In this document: piece after piece, positions 49,864-59,526 of the stretch
Layout: every line of letters begins with the position of its first letter
Numbering within the stretch: position 1 is the stretch's first letter
Origin: Planctomycetota bacterium
GTDB lineage: Bacteria > Planctomycetota > PLA2 > JAEUHO01
Assembly: GCA_050248855.1 (NCBI GenBank)
Contig: JBFWRP010000005.1
Location: 32,001 to 96,000, forward strand
Length of the DNA: 64,000 nt
Reading direction: 5' to 3'
Translations under genes and position numbers: made by a program
Notes under the pieces: model-generated
What the model saw: the letters and a program-made list of their open reading frames with translations, nothing else
Told to the model about the DNA's origin: nothing
Databases searched by the model: none

Positions 49864-50718
49864 TCACTTCCGCGTGCCGTTCCAGTAGCTGGAGTTCGCG
49901 CCCGGGCCGACACCGAAGGTCCCGCGGAACGACATCCCATCGTCGGCGAGCCGGAACCAGAGCTTGCCTCGCCCGCCGTTCTCCGTCTGATGCCATGTCG
50001 CTTGGAGGGTGCGGCCGTCCTCCGAGAGCGTGCCCTGGATCGTGCCGCCCTTGTAGGTGTAGGAGCCCGACACGGTGCGGCCGCTCACTTCGAGGATCAT
50101 GGCGGTTCCGCCACCCGACCACGTGGTTTGCCACTGTCCCGCGAACGTGCGGCCCGCCTGCTCGCTCGAAGGCCGGAGCGCCGCCGTCTCTTCCTTCTTG
50201 GACCTGCCAACGGCTGCGAGCTCGATCTTCGTCAGCGGCCCGAGCTCCGCACGCACCCGCTCGGCCTCCTTGCGAAGGTCGTCGTAGGTGCGGATGGTGT
50301 AGTAGGAGTAGAAGAGGTCGTCGTGGGCATCGTAGCGCGCACGAATCGAGGCATCCAAGCGCGCCTTCACGGCCCGGAAGATGCGTGCCCACGTCTGTCT
50401 GTTCTTCTCGTAGATCCACGCCCGGCTGCCTTGCGGCCGCTCGTCGATCAAGGCCTTGTTGCGCTGTTGGGCGAGCAGCGCGCCGCGCAGCGTGTGTCCC
50501 TGCGGCGGGGGTGAGAAGTCATCGAGGTAGCGTGAGCTCCCCTCGTCCAGCTTGGGCGCCTCGTAGTCCGCCCGGTCGAGCGTGACGCCGAGGTCCCGAT
50601 ACGCCTCCAGCACCCCGAGGAGTCGCAGTCCCAGCTCACGGTCCTCTTCCGCGTGCGCCGGCGAAGCCGGGGCAAGCGATGCAACCAGCACGAGGGCAAG
50701 GGCGGAAAGGCGAGTCAT
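49864..50718 (-). CDS. Secreted hypothetical protein with C-terminal beta-barrel-like domain
   Basis: AGGAGG SD; signal ..AHA; FAGQWQTTW..VSGSY..GTIQGT..FRGTF..WNGTR. Confidence 0.65.
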   Translation of the reverse strand: MTRLSALALVLVASLAPASPAHAEEDRELGLRLLGVLEAYRDLGVTLDRADYEAPKLDEGSSRYLDDFSPPPQGHTLRGALLAQQRNKALIDERPQGSRAWIYEKNRQTWARIFRAVKARLDASIRARYDAHDDLFYSYYTIRTYDDLRKEAERVRAELGPLTKIELAAVGRSKKEETAALRPSSEQAGRTFAGQWQTTWSGGGTAMILEVSGRTVSGSYTYKGGTIQGTLSEDGRTLQATWHQTENGGRGKLWFRLADDGMSFRGTFGVGPGANSSYWNGTRK

Positions 50719-50949
50719 GGTTACCTCCTGGGCCGCGAGGGCCTCCAAGAGGGGAGTACGGAAGCGAGCAACCCCATTGCAGGCGCTTCCAGGAGGCAGA
50801 CGCGGGCCACGTGGCTGCGCTCTCGGCAGCCCTTCGCACCGTGCGGCGCATCGACCACCTCGCGCGACGGAGCACGCAGCAGGATGTCCCGCCTCCGTAC
50901 CTCCGGTACTCCCGGGAATCGGGCGGGCCGCGGCGGCCCGCGGCATGCC

Positions 50950-50990
50950 AAATGACGGTGTAGTCGTCATTTTTCATGTAATATGACGAC
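50950..50990. promoter_or_regulatory. Triple ATGACG operator-like array between divergent genes
   Basis: AAATGACG(50950-57)/CGTCATTT(50965-72) and GTCGTCAT(50963-70)/ATGACGAC(50983-90) in an AT-rich patch. Confidence 0.55.
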
Positions 50991-52134
50991 GATGTCGACG
51001 CCTGCAGTCCCCCGCCTCCTCGATCTCCCTCGTCTCCTCGCGGCCAAGTCCCACTTCCTGTTCGGCCCTCGACAAACGGGAAAGAGCCACCTCGTACGGA
51101 CGACGCTGGCGGGGGCGCTTGTCTACGACCTGCTGGACACGGCGACGTACTTGGCGCTCTCGAGCGACCCGGGCCGCATTGCCCAGGAGCACCAGGGCGA
51201 GCGGATCGTCGTGATCGACGAAATCCAGCGGCTCCCGGGACTCCTCAACGAGGTGCACCGGCTGATCGAGACGCGGAACGTCCGGTTCCTGCTCACGGGC
51301 TCCTCGGCGCGTGCCCTCCGCCGAGAGGGCGTCAACTTGCTCGGCGGCCGCGCGCGCACGAAGCACCTCCACCCGCTGACGGCGAGGGAGTTGGGCGCCC
51401 GGTTCGACCTCGAGCGGGCCATCGCCCGGGGGACGATCCCGTCGATCTACTTCTCCGACGACCCCGACGCCGACCTCGAGTCCTACGCGGGCACCTACCT
51501 GCGCGAGGAGATCGCAGCCGAGGGCGCCACGCGAAACGTGCCGGCCTTCAGCCGCTTCCTCCGTGTTGCCGCGGCCTGCAACGCAACGATGGTCAACTTC
51601 ACGGAGGTTTCCAACGATGCGCAGGTTCCCCGCACGACCGTGCACGAGTACTTCGGGATCCTCCGCGACACGCTCCTGCTCCACGAGGTGCCGGCGTGGC
51701 GCGAAACGGAACGGCGCAAGCCCGTTGCCTCGTCCAAGCACTACTTCTTCGACATCGGAGTCGTCAGTGCGCTTCAGGGCCGGTCCGCGCGCCCGGGGAC
51801 GCCGGAGTTCGGACCGGCGTTCGAGACCTGGCTCGCCCACGAGCTCTTCGCGCACCGCGACTACGTCTCGGGAGAGCCAGTCGCCCACTGGCGATCGACG
51901 TCCGGATTCGAGGTGGACTTCGTCCTAGGCGACCACACCGCCGTCGAGGCGAAGGCCACGGCGCAGATCTCGCCCCGACATCTTCGTGGTCTCCGTGCGC
52001 TTGCCGAAGAGGGGAAGCTGCGACATCACGTATGCGTGTGCCTCGCCGAGAGACCGCGTCGTGTGGAAGGCGGGATCGAGATCCTTCCCTACGGCGAGTT
52101 CTTGGAAGCCCTGTGGGGCGGAGCCTACGCCTGA
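50983..52134 (+). CDS. AAA_14 ATPase with DUF4143 and PD-(D/E)xK-like C-terminus
   Basis: GPRQTGKS, VIDEIQ, LTGSSAR, KHYFFDIG, FETW, EVDFV..EAK. Confidence 0.9.
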   Translation: MTTMSTPAVPRLLDLPRLLAAKSHFLFGPRQTGKSHLVRTTLAGALVYDLLDTATYLALSSDPGRIAQEHQGERIVVIDEIQRLPGLLNEVHRLIETRNVRFLLTGSSARALRREGVNLLGGRARTKHLHPLTARELGARFDLERAIARGTIPSIYFSDDPDADLESYAGTYLREEIAAEGATRNVPAFSRFLRVAAACNATMVNFTEVSNDAQVPRTTVHEYFGILRDTLLLHEVPAWRETERRKPVASSKHYFFDIGVVSALQGRSARPGTPEFGPAFETWLAHELFAHRDYVSGEPVAHWRSTSGFEVDFVLGDHTAVEAKATAQISPRHLRGLRALAEEGKLRHHVCVCLAERPRRVEGGIEILPYGEFLEALWGGAYA

Positions 52135-52388
52135 CGAGGCGACCCCGCGAACGGACCAGCAGACGCCACGGAGCGATCAGCGGCCTGGTCCGCACTACGC
52201 GGAGTCACCGACTCGGCGGGGGTGCCGGCGTCCGGAGGGTGCGCGTGCACGCCTTGCGGCCAGGCTTTTGGCTCCACGGCCGTGGAGGTCCAGTTCCCGT
52301 TCCGGCATCGAATCGACCTCATGGGGCACTCCGCGGCCCTGCGTCGATTCTCTCGAACCGCGTGACACGGCCGCCCATCACGAGCAGG

Positions 52389-53150
52389 TCATGGCAGGCA
52401 TCGGCGCCAATCGGCCAGTCCATCGAGCGCCCAGGGTGTCGCAACGGCGTGAGCACCGCGGAGTTCGTCCGTGTGCCGTGCCGCCGTCGCGCTGCCACCG
52501 CGCCGAACGCGCAAGGCAAGTTCGAAGGCCTCCGCGACCTGCCCGCGCTCCTCGATGAGACGCAGCAACGCACGGGTCTTGCTGACGAGCTCACCGTCGC
52601 GCCAGAACACGACTGCGCGCGCCAGAAGCTGCAGGACGGCCGCGTACCAGATGGCCGACGCACCCTCTGGCGGGGAGCAGGCCTCTTGCTCGAGGCGCAT
52701 CGATCGCCTCGACAGGGCGTCGCGGTCGGGGTGCGCAATGGTCACGCTCTCACCCGCCAGCACGCGTGTACGCGTGGCAAGGCCAAGCTGATCGAAGGCG
52801 TCTTGGACGTGCTCGTGATCCAGGTCGCCGTGCGCGGCGTACAGGACAAGCAGGTCGACGGTCTGTCCGGAGCTCCAGGGTCCCTCGCGCCCCTCCACGA
52901 AGGCGAGCTCCGTCGCGTGGTGTAACTCCGCGAGGCAACGCTCTCGCGTCCGGGATGGGGGCTCGCGCAGCACCGCGCAGACGTCAACGTCGCTCCAACC
53001 GGCCTGGAAGTCGCCCAGGACGACGCTTCCGTACAGCAGCATGGCTCGGAGCGCGTCGCCGCAGGCGACCTCCGCACGCGGAAGCCACCACGCGAGCAGG
53101 CCCTGGACCGCCGCGGGGAGCGGGGTCTCAGACAAGCTTGGATACCACAT
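52389..53150 (-). CDS. Nucleotidyltransferase (AadA/ANT-like fold)
   Basis: LYGSVVLGDFQAGWSDVDV; C-terminal VLQLLAR..GELVSK; start may be TTG at 53135; overlaps the GNAT stop. Confidence 0.7.
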   Translation of the reverse strand: MWYPSLSETPLPAAVQGLLAWWLPRAEVACGDALRAMLLYGSVVLGDFQAGWSDVDVCAVLREPPSRTRERCLAELHHATELAFVEGREGPWSSGQTVDLLVLYAAHGDLDHEHVQDAFDQLGLATRTRVLAGESVTIAHPDRDALSRRSMRLEQEACSPPEGASAIWYAAVLQLLARAVVFWRDGELVSKTRALLRLIEERGQVAEAFELALRVRRGGSATAARHTDELRGAHAVATPWALDGLADWRRCLP

Positions 53151-53571
53151 CGTCTGGTGCCGTAGCCGTCAGGCCGCACGCCCGGTAGAGCGCCATGGCG
53201 GCAGCATTGCTGCGGTTCGTCACGACCCATGCCCCGCGAGCGTCCAACGCGCGCGCCTCCTCGAGGAACGCCTCGACCAGGCGCCGGCCGATGCCCTTGC
53301 GCCGCCAAGCGCTCAGGACGTCGATCTCGTACAGCAGCAGGTGCGGCCGCGCTGCGTAGGGTGTGGGCAGGCGATGGCCGATCAGGCTGCCGACGGCCTC
53401 CGCATCGACTTCGGCCACGAGGAGGTAGCTGGCCTCGTCGCCCAAGAAAGCCGCCAGGGCCTCGCGGTCCGCGGACGCATGTCCGTTCACGTCGGCCACG
53501 GCTCGGCGCGCCAGCTCGAGATCTCCCGCGCCTGCCCGGCGCACGCGAACATCGTTCTCCGGGTCACCCAT
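53128..53571 (-). CDS. GNAT N-acetyltransferase (copy 2)
   Basis: 147 aa; 116/147 identical to copy 1 by manual alignment. Confidence 0.9.
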   Translation of the reverse strand: MGDPENDVRVRRAGAGDLELARRAVADVNGHASADREALAAFLGDEASYLLVAEVDAEAVGSLIGHRLPTPYAARPHLLLYEIDVLSAWRRKGIGRRLVEAFLEEARALDARGAWVVTNRSNAAAMALYRACGLTATAPDDVVSKLV

Positions 53572-53716
53572 GCAAGCTCCCTGCAGGCACGTCGAAGAGC
53601 GTAGGACATCGCCCCGCTTCCTGCCTGAGCCCGCGACGCTTGCCCGCCTGCAACAAGCTGTTCCGCCTCCGCGTCCCGCGCCCTCGCGACCAGGTGTCCA
53701 CGCCCACGCCAGGCGG

Positions 53717-55513
53717 CTACCGGACGCGAGGCCGCCGCGGTAGCGCGGCCAGCGTCAACTCGACCTTCGTCGTCTTGCCGGGCGCGACGTCCGCGCCCGC
53801 CGCCGCGCTGCGATCGGCCCAGGAGACGTCGACCCGCAAGCGGCCCGGTTCCACGGCCTCGGCGAGATAGCGCCCCTCGTGGTCGGTGAAGTGGTCAACA
53901 CGCTGGACCGACGCATCGCGGTCGCCCCATCGCGTCGGGCCGAAGTCCACCGTGAGGGAGCGGACCCGCACCCGCGCGAAGGGAAGGGGACTGCCCGATT
54001 CGTCCACGACGTGCACGTCCAAGGCGCCGCCTTGCGGCTCCGCCAGGACGATCTCGTTCCCGGTTCCCAAGGCGACGCTCGTGTCGAGCGACGTGGGCAC
54101 GAGACCGGGTTCGAGGAGCCGGAGGCGGACTGGGCCGGCTTGGAGGACGAACTCGTAGACGCCTTCCGGGTCTGCCTGCCACCGCACGCCTGCCATCCAG
54201 AACTGGGCTCCGGCTGCGGGCTGTCCGTCGAGTCGCACGATGCGTAGGGTTCCCGAGGCGCTAGACGCGTCCGGATGCTGCCGGCTGGGCCTGGAGCCGA
54301 AGCCACGAGGCGCGAGCCGCGCCTCCCGGACGCGCCACGTGCGCGCAAGGCCGGCCGTGCGGGCTTGTGCGGTGCTTCGCGGATCCACGCCGCCCCCGTG
54401 GACGATCCGCTTGGCCTCGCCTGGCACCTCCGTGTCGAACTGCGCCGGCATGCGTCCCGTCACCTCCGCCACGACGGGATGACGAGCGACGTCCTCCCGT
54501 GGCGCGTCGCCCGCCAGGCGCGCCACGAACTCCGTGTCGCGGAAGTAGGGGACGCCAACGAGCGACAGCTCCCTACGGCTCCGCTGCAGGGGGACGAGCG
54601 CCGACTCCTCGTCACCGATGCGTACCCGGGAGAGCTTGGCTTCCAGCACCTCGGGCTCGAGTCCGCGCTCGGTGCGAGGCACGACACGCACCTCCCGCTG
54701 CAGCGGGTACACGACGAGCAGCGACGTGGCGCCGTGGGCCACGTGCTGCTCGAAGATGGCGGGCTCCCACGCCACGTACCGGGACGGCGCCTCGACCTCC
54801 AGCGCCACGACGCAGGGTCCCCCCGGACGAGCGAAGGTGGAGGCGGAGCCCGTACCGGCCGTCACGAAGGGCTGCTCGGGATCACCGTGCACGTGGACTC
54901 GCCACCGCACGTCCTGCACGACCAGGCCCGTCGCGGCATCCACGGCCCGCATGCGTACCGGCCAGCCCGTGGACACCTCCATGCGCACGGCGGGGCCGAG
55001 CACGGCCCACGAGGGGGCCTCGTTGCCATGCGGTGGCCCGGACAGCGGACTCACGTCGACGGCTCGCAGCACCGTGGATCCGTCGTAGGGCTGCCGCTCG
55101 AGCGTGGCCTTGCCGTCCGCATCCGTGCGCACGACCTGCGGAGGTCCCGACGCGGGCTCCACGCGCACGCGCGTGTGCGCAAGGGCCAAGCCGTGAAGGC
55201 TGACGACCTCGATCCGGACCGGACCGTGAGCCACGGGGAGGGTGCGCGCGGGTCCGTCCGACGGAGACTCGCCGCCGGGGGGAGACGTGACGACGCCCTT
55301 CATGCCCACGTGCCCGGCTGGGCGGCGAGCCGGCAACGCATCGACGTCGAGCCTCTCGACGTCCAGCGGAGCGCCGCCCCCACCCGCTGGCCCTCCCGAG
55401 TCCAGCGTGGGCAGCCTCGGCCCCCCCTCCCGAAGCAGCCACCACACGGCCACGCTCGCGCCGAACACTACGAGCACGAGCAGGACCTGCTTCGGATGTC
55501 GCGCCTTGCCCAT
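53717..55513 (-). CDS. Membrane-anchored carboxypeptidase-regulatory-like domain protein
   Basis: N-terminal TM; RTDADG, VDAATG, VVDESGSPLPFARV..TDHEGRY repeats. Confidence 0.65.
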   Translation of the reverse strand: MGKARHPKQVLLVLVVFGASVAVWWLLREGGPRLPTLDSGGPAGGGGAPLDVERLDVDALPARRPAGHVGMKGVVTSPPGGESPSDGPARTLPVAHGPVRIEVVSLHGLALAHTRVRVEPASGPPQVVRTDADGKATLERQPYDGSTVLRAVDVSPLSGPPHGNEAPSWAVLGPAVRMEVSTGWPVRMRAVDAATGLVVQDVRWRVHVHGDPEQPFVTAGTGSASTFARPGGPCVVALEVEAPSRYVAWEPAIFEQHVAHGATSLLVVYPLQREVRVVPRTERGLEPEVLEAKLSRVRIGDEESALVPLQRSRRELSLVGVPYFRDTEFVARLAGDAPREDVARHPVVAEVTGRMPAQFDTEVPGEAKRIVHGGGVDPRSTAQARTAGLARTWRVREARLAPRGFGSRPSRQHPDASSASGTLRIVRLDGQPAAGAQFWMAGVRWQADPEGVYEFVLQAGPVRLRLLEPGLVPTSLDTSVALGTGNEIVLAEPQGGALDVHVVDESGSPLPFARVRVRSLTVDFGPTRWGDRDASVQRVDHFTDHEGRYLAEAVEPGRLRVDVSWADRSAAAGADVAPGKTTKVELTLAALPRRPRVR

Positions 55514-55774
55514 CACGCGATCGCCCACCCTACGACAAACGGGCGCAAAGCCGCGCCGCTCCTCGAGCCACGCCTCGGGCACCGCGTGCTCGCTCACCGG
55601 GCCCATGCCGCAGCCGGACGGGTACGGAAGGCGACCCTGGACGAGGAGCCCGCCACGGGCGCACCGCTCACGTAGCCTGGGCGCGAGGGCATGGGGGCAG
55701 GGTGACGGCGCCCGCAAGGAGCCGGGGCTTGCGGGCTTCCTGCACGGAGCCCCTCGAGTCCTGGGAGCCACGCC

Positions 55775-56806
55775 ATGAGCGAGTCGCCCTCCGCAGAGCG
55801 TGCCTGGCTTCGCCCCGGGTTCCTCCGGCGATCGATCACGTTGCTCGCGCGCGCCGGCGTGCTCGGAGGGTTGGCCCTGCTGGTGTTCGCATGGCGCCTG
55901 CCGCTAGACCCGACCACGGGCCCTGCCCACCCCAGGTGGGAGCTGATGGCCGCGTTGATCGACACCCTGCGGTTCCAGCTCGGCGTGGCGTTGGGTGTTG
56001 CGACGCTGTGGCTGACGCTCGTCCGGTCGTGGCGCTTCGCCGTCCTCGCGCTGCTGCTGTGTGCGTGGGCCGTCCTCCCCGCGCTGACGTGGCCCGCGAG
56101 CGAGCGTCAAGCCGTGTCCGGCGCAGCGTCCGTTCGCGTGATGTCGATCAACCTGGGCATGAACATGGCCGACGAGGACCTCGTCCTCGAGGCCTTGCGC
56201 CAGATCGACCCCGACGTCCTGGTCATCCAGGAGTACACGCCCACCTGGGCGCGCCGCCTCGTCGCTCGGTTCACCGAGCAACTTCCGCATCGCGTGGAGC
56301 GTCCACGCGAGGACGCGTTCGGCATCGCGGCCTTCTCGAGCCAGCCGTGGTTGCGCGTGGACGAGCTCGAGCTCGACGGGTCGCCCGCGCCGCAGCTGCG
56401 TCTCGAGCTCGCGCTCGGTGAGACGCCTGTCGTCCTGTACGCGATCCACCTGCTGCCGCCCGTGGCCGCACGCTACACCGCCCACCGCAGGCAGTGCGCC
56501 GACCTCCTGAAACGGTTGGCCAGCGAGGGCCCGCACACCTTGGCCGCGGGCGACTTCAACCTCGTGGACCACGCGAGCATCGGGCGTGCGCTGCACCAGC
56601 TCGGCTACCTGGACGCGCACGGTCTGGCGGGCCGAAGCCGAGGGGCAACGTGGCCGGAACGTGGTTGGCTGCGGTTCCTGCCCGGCGTCCGCATCGACCA
56701 CGTGTATCTGGGCAACGGGTTGACGAGCACGGCCGCCTGGGTCGCGGAGCGCACCGGTAGTGACCACCTCCCCATCGCCTGCGATGTGACCTTGGCCCGC
56801 AAGTGA
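55775..56806 (+). CDS. Endonuclease/exonuclease/phosphatase family membrane protein
   Basis: N-terminal TMs; VMSIN, DVLVIQE, AGDFN, RIDHV, GSDHLP. Confidence 0.88.
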   Translation: MSESPSAERAWLRPGFLRRSITLLARAGVLGGLALLVFAWRLPLDPTTGPAHPRWELMAALIDTLRFQLGVALGVATLWLTLVRSWRFAVLALLLCAWAVLPALTWPASERQAVSGAASVRVMSINLGMNMADEDLVLEALRQIDPDVLVIQEYTPTWARRLVARFTEQLPHRVERPREDAFGIAAFSSQPWLRVDELELDGSPAPQLRLELALGETPVVLYAIHLLPPVAARYTAHRRQCADLLKRLASEGPHTLAAGDFNLVDHASIGRALHQLGYLDAHGLAGRSRGATWPERGWLRFLPGVRIDHVYLGNGLTSTAAWVAERTGSDHLPIACDVTLARK

Positions 56807-56828
56807 GGCCCGTGCGGCCGACGCGACC

Positions 56829-59363
56829 TCACTTCGGCTCGAGCCGCACCTCGAGGGGCTCGGTCAGTCCCGGTTTCACGTCGACGTCCAGGGTCGCCGG
56901 CTGGAAGTCCTCCGCGGAGAGCTCGAGCCGCACGCGGCGCACGGGGAGGCCGGTGATCCAAGCCTGATCCGCCCCCCGTTCGTCAGGCAGGACATGCGCC
57001 CAGACGCCCATCGTCACGCGCCCGCGGTGGAGCAGGAGGGACGCGCCGGAGTCCGGGTCCAGAACGCGCACGGCCATGCGCCCGTGGGGAATGGCAACTC
57101 CTGATGGCACGACGAAGCGGACAGGGACCCGCTCGTAGGACCGCAGCTCCACCGTGCCGAGGTCCTTGGCCTCGGCTGCAGCAAGCTCGAAGGCAACGAC
57201 GTGGGGCTCGGTCGAACCCGACCACACCAGCACCTCGTACGACCCGGCGGCCAAGAGGGGGACGTGGATCCTCCCCTGCGGGTCCGGTCGCCCCGAAGCG
57301 ACTTCGACGTTGCTCTCGTCCTTGATCTGTACGCCCCCACGCATGCCGTCCAGCGCTGAACCGCGGACGAGGACGCGCATCGCGATCGACGCGGTACCTG
57401 GCGCCCGCAGGTCGATCCGCGCGCTGCCCGTGGGGACGTCGATCTGTCCGAAGACGATGCTGGCGCGATCGAAGCGAACCCTCGCGGTTTGGCTTCCGGC
57501 CGGGACGAATGGGATCTCGAAGGCCCCGTCGGCATCCGTCGGGGCCGAGGCGGAGGACCGCCCCATGTCGACGTGCCCGCCGGAAAGCGGATCACCCCGG
57601 TCGTTCGTGACCGTGCCTGTGACGCGGGCACTCGGCTCGAGCCTCCACGTGATGAGCGGAATCCGACCCTCGGGGACCTGGATGTCGCGCTCCAGATGAG
57701 GAAGACGGCTCGAGCGGGCGATCGACAGGCGGTAGGCCCCTGGCTCGGGCGCGTCGAGTCGCATCATGCCATCGCGCGCGATCGTGGTCGTCGACGAGAT
57801 GGAGAACGGGGAGCCGTCGGTCCGCGCCAGCCGGCAGCGGAGTTCCATGCCGAGCGCGTCCTCGGGCAGGTTCTCGAGCTGGATCACGAGCGCGCGGGCG
57901 GGCTCGAGCGACAGCTCGGGTGGCAGACCCTCGACGCCGACCTCGAAGGTGCTCTCCACGGCCTGGTAGCCCTCGCGCGAGAGCTCGAGCGTGTAGGTCG
58001 CATGCGGCACGTACGGGAAGCGGAACCGGCCCTCCGCATCGGTCCGAAGGAAGCCCGCGCGAGCTTGGAGCGTACCGAGTGGCTGGCGTCGGAGCACGAC
58101 GTTTACATCTCCGACCGGCTTGCCGGTGTACGCATCGACCACCACCGACTCCAAGTCGATGCCGCGATCCAGCACGACGTCGCGCATCACGAGCGCGCCG
58201 CCGCGCATCTCGACGTCGGACGACAGGATCAAGCCGAGCGAGTCCGGCTGATCGTCCCGCCCGAGCCGCAGGAACACCGCGCGCGGGTGGACCCACTCGG
58301 CGTGGATGTGGTAGCGACCCTGCGCGTCGGTGATCGCCTCCGCGCTGACCGATCCCCACAGCGCAACGCGTGCCCCCACGAGTGGCGTGCCGTCGGCAAA
58401 GCGGATCCGCCCCGCGACGCTGCCCTTGTCGGCCGGTATCGGCAAGTCGGGAGGCCACGCGCCCGCTCCGACGCCCGCGGTCGCGAGCCCGGGCCGATTC
58501 GCGGCCTCCGCCCTGTCGGGCCTGGGAGCGCCGACAAGCGTCGGACTCACGCCAACCTCGTTACTGCCACGCACGTCTGGAGCGGGCCCGTCGAGGCTCG
58601 AGCTGGCGGGCTCCGGACGCGAGACCCACAGGGTCGTGGTGGTTGCCAGGAACGCGACCAGCACTCCGGTAGCGACGAGGGCCTTCTTCACGGCGAGTCC
58701 TCCGAGCACGAGGGGGAGCGCGCCGACGGCGGGCGCCACGGCGAGCTGGGCGCCGTGGGCCACGACGCGCTCGCGGATCGCAGCGAGCCCCCCTCCCACC
58801 GGCAGCGCCGCCAGGGCCGGGGAGCGCCGATCGGGCGGCAGACGCCGGCGTAGCAGGTCGAGTCCGCGGTGGATCTGCGATCGCACCGTGGCGGGCGACC
58901 GATCGAGGAGCACCGCGATCTCCGCCGGGGCCCGGTCGTGGCGCAACCGCAGCACCAGCACTTGGCGGTAGGGCTCGGGGAGCGTATCGACCGCCTCCTC
59001 GATCGCCTCGGACCATTCGACGTCCATCCACGCGTCGGCGCTCGCGTCGACGGCCTCGGGCCCCGTGCCCGCCAGACCCAAGGCCCTCCGCGCCCGCCGG
59101 CCCTGCGTGTGGGCATGGTTGCGCAGGATGCCGACGAGCCACGGCACGAGCGGACGCTCCGCGTCGTATGCGTCGGCGCGCACGATCGCCGTCAGGAACG
59201 TCTCCTGCAGCAGGTCCTCGGCCTCCGCCGGATGGCGTGCGAAGTGCATGGCGATGCGCAGCAGCTCGGGCGCCGTCCGATCGAACACGGCCGCGAGCGC
59301 CGCGAGGTCACCGCGCCTGCGGTATCGATCGAAGAGGGTCTCGGGGCGTGCCATTCCACCCAT
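56829..59363 (-). CDS. ECF sigma-70 factor fused via a TM helix to carboxypeptidase-regulatory-like repeats
   Basis: Region 2 AEDLLQETFL..WLVGILRN; region 4 LPEPYRQVLVLR..EIA..SPATVRSQIHRGL; TM; repeats; start 59363 or 59354. Confidence 0.88.
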   Translation of the reverse strand: MGGMARPETLFDRYRRRGDLAALAAVFDRTAPELLRIAMHFARHPAEAEDLLQETFLTAIVRADAYDAERPLVPWLVGILRNHAHTQGRRARRALGLAGTGPEAVDASADAWMDVEWSEAIEEAVDTLPEPYRQVLVLRLRHDRAPAEIAVLLDRSPATVRSQIHRGLDLLRRRLPPDRRSPALAALPVGGGLAAIRERVVAHGAQLAVAPAVGALPLVLGGLAVKKALVATGVLVAFLATTTTLWVSRPEPASSSLDGPAPDVRGSNEVGVSPTLVGAPRPDRAEAANRPGLATAGVGAGAWPPDLPIPADKGSVAGRIRFADGTPLVGARVALWGSVSAEAITDAQGRYHIHAEWVHPRAVFLRLGRDDQPDSLGLILSSDVEMRGGALVMRDVVLDRGIDLESVVVDAYTGKPVGDVNVVLRRQPLGTLQARAGFLRTDAEGRFRFPYVPHATYTLELSREGYQAVESTFEVGVEGLPPELSLEPARALVIQLENLPEDALGMELRCRLARTDGSPFSISSTTTIARDGMMRLDAPEPGAYRLSIARSSRLPHLERDIQVPEGRIPLITWRLEPSARVTGTVTNDRGDPLSGGHVDMGRSSASAPTDADGAFEIPFVPAGSQTARVRFDRASIVFGQIDVPTGSARIDLRAPGTASIAMRVLVRGSALDGMRGGVQIKDESNVEVASGRPDPQGRIHVPLLAAGSYEVLVWSGSTEPHVVAFELAAAEAKDLGTVELRSYERVPVRFVVPSGVAIPHGRMAVRVLDPDSGASLLLHRGRVTMGVWAHVLPDERGADQAWITGLPVRRVRLELSAEDFQPATLDVDVKPGLTEPLEVRLEPK

Positions 59364-59526
59364 CCTTGTCGTCGAAGGGGGCATGCGTTGCAGGAAGCTC
59401 GGATTCTCCCCAACCGGGGGCGCGCGCATCGGCGCAGGAGCCCACCACGCCGCGGATGGCAACCGGCTGCTCGTTCGGCTGACCGGGAGCCGCGACGCCC
59501 CCAGTCCCCCCGAGCACGCGGCGACC

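Noticed and set aside
47274..53700. Integron cassette array (GNATs, nucleotidyltransferase, hypotheticals)
   Set aside because: No convincing attC sites (RYYYAAC..GTTRRRY with paired arms) and no integrase in the window
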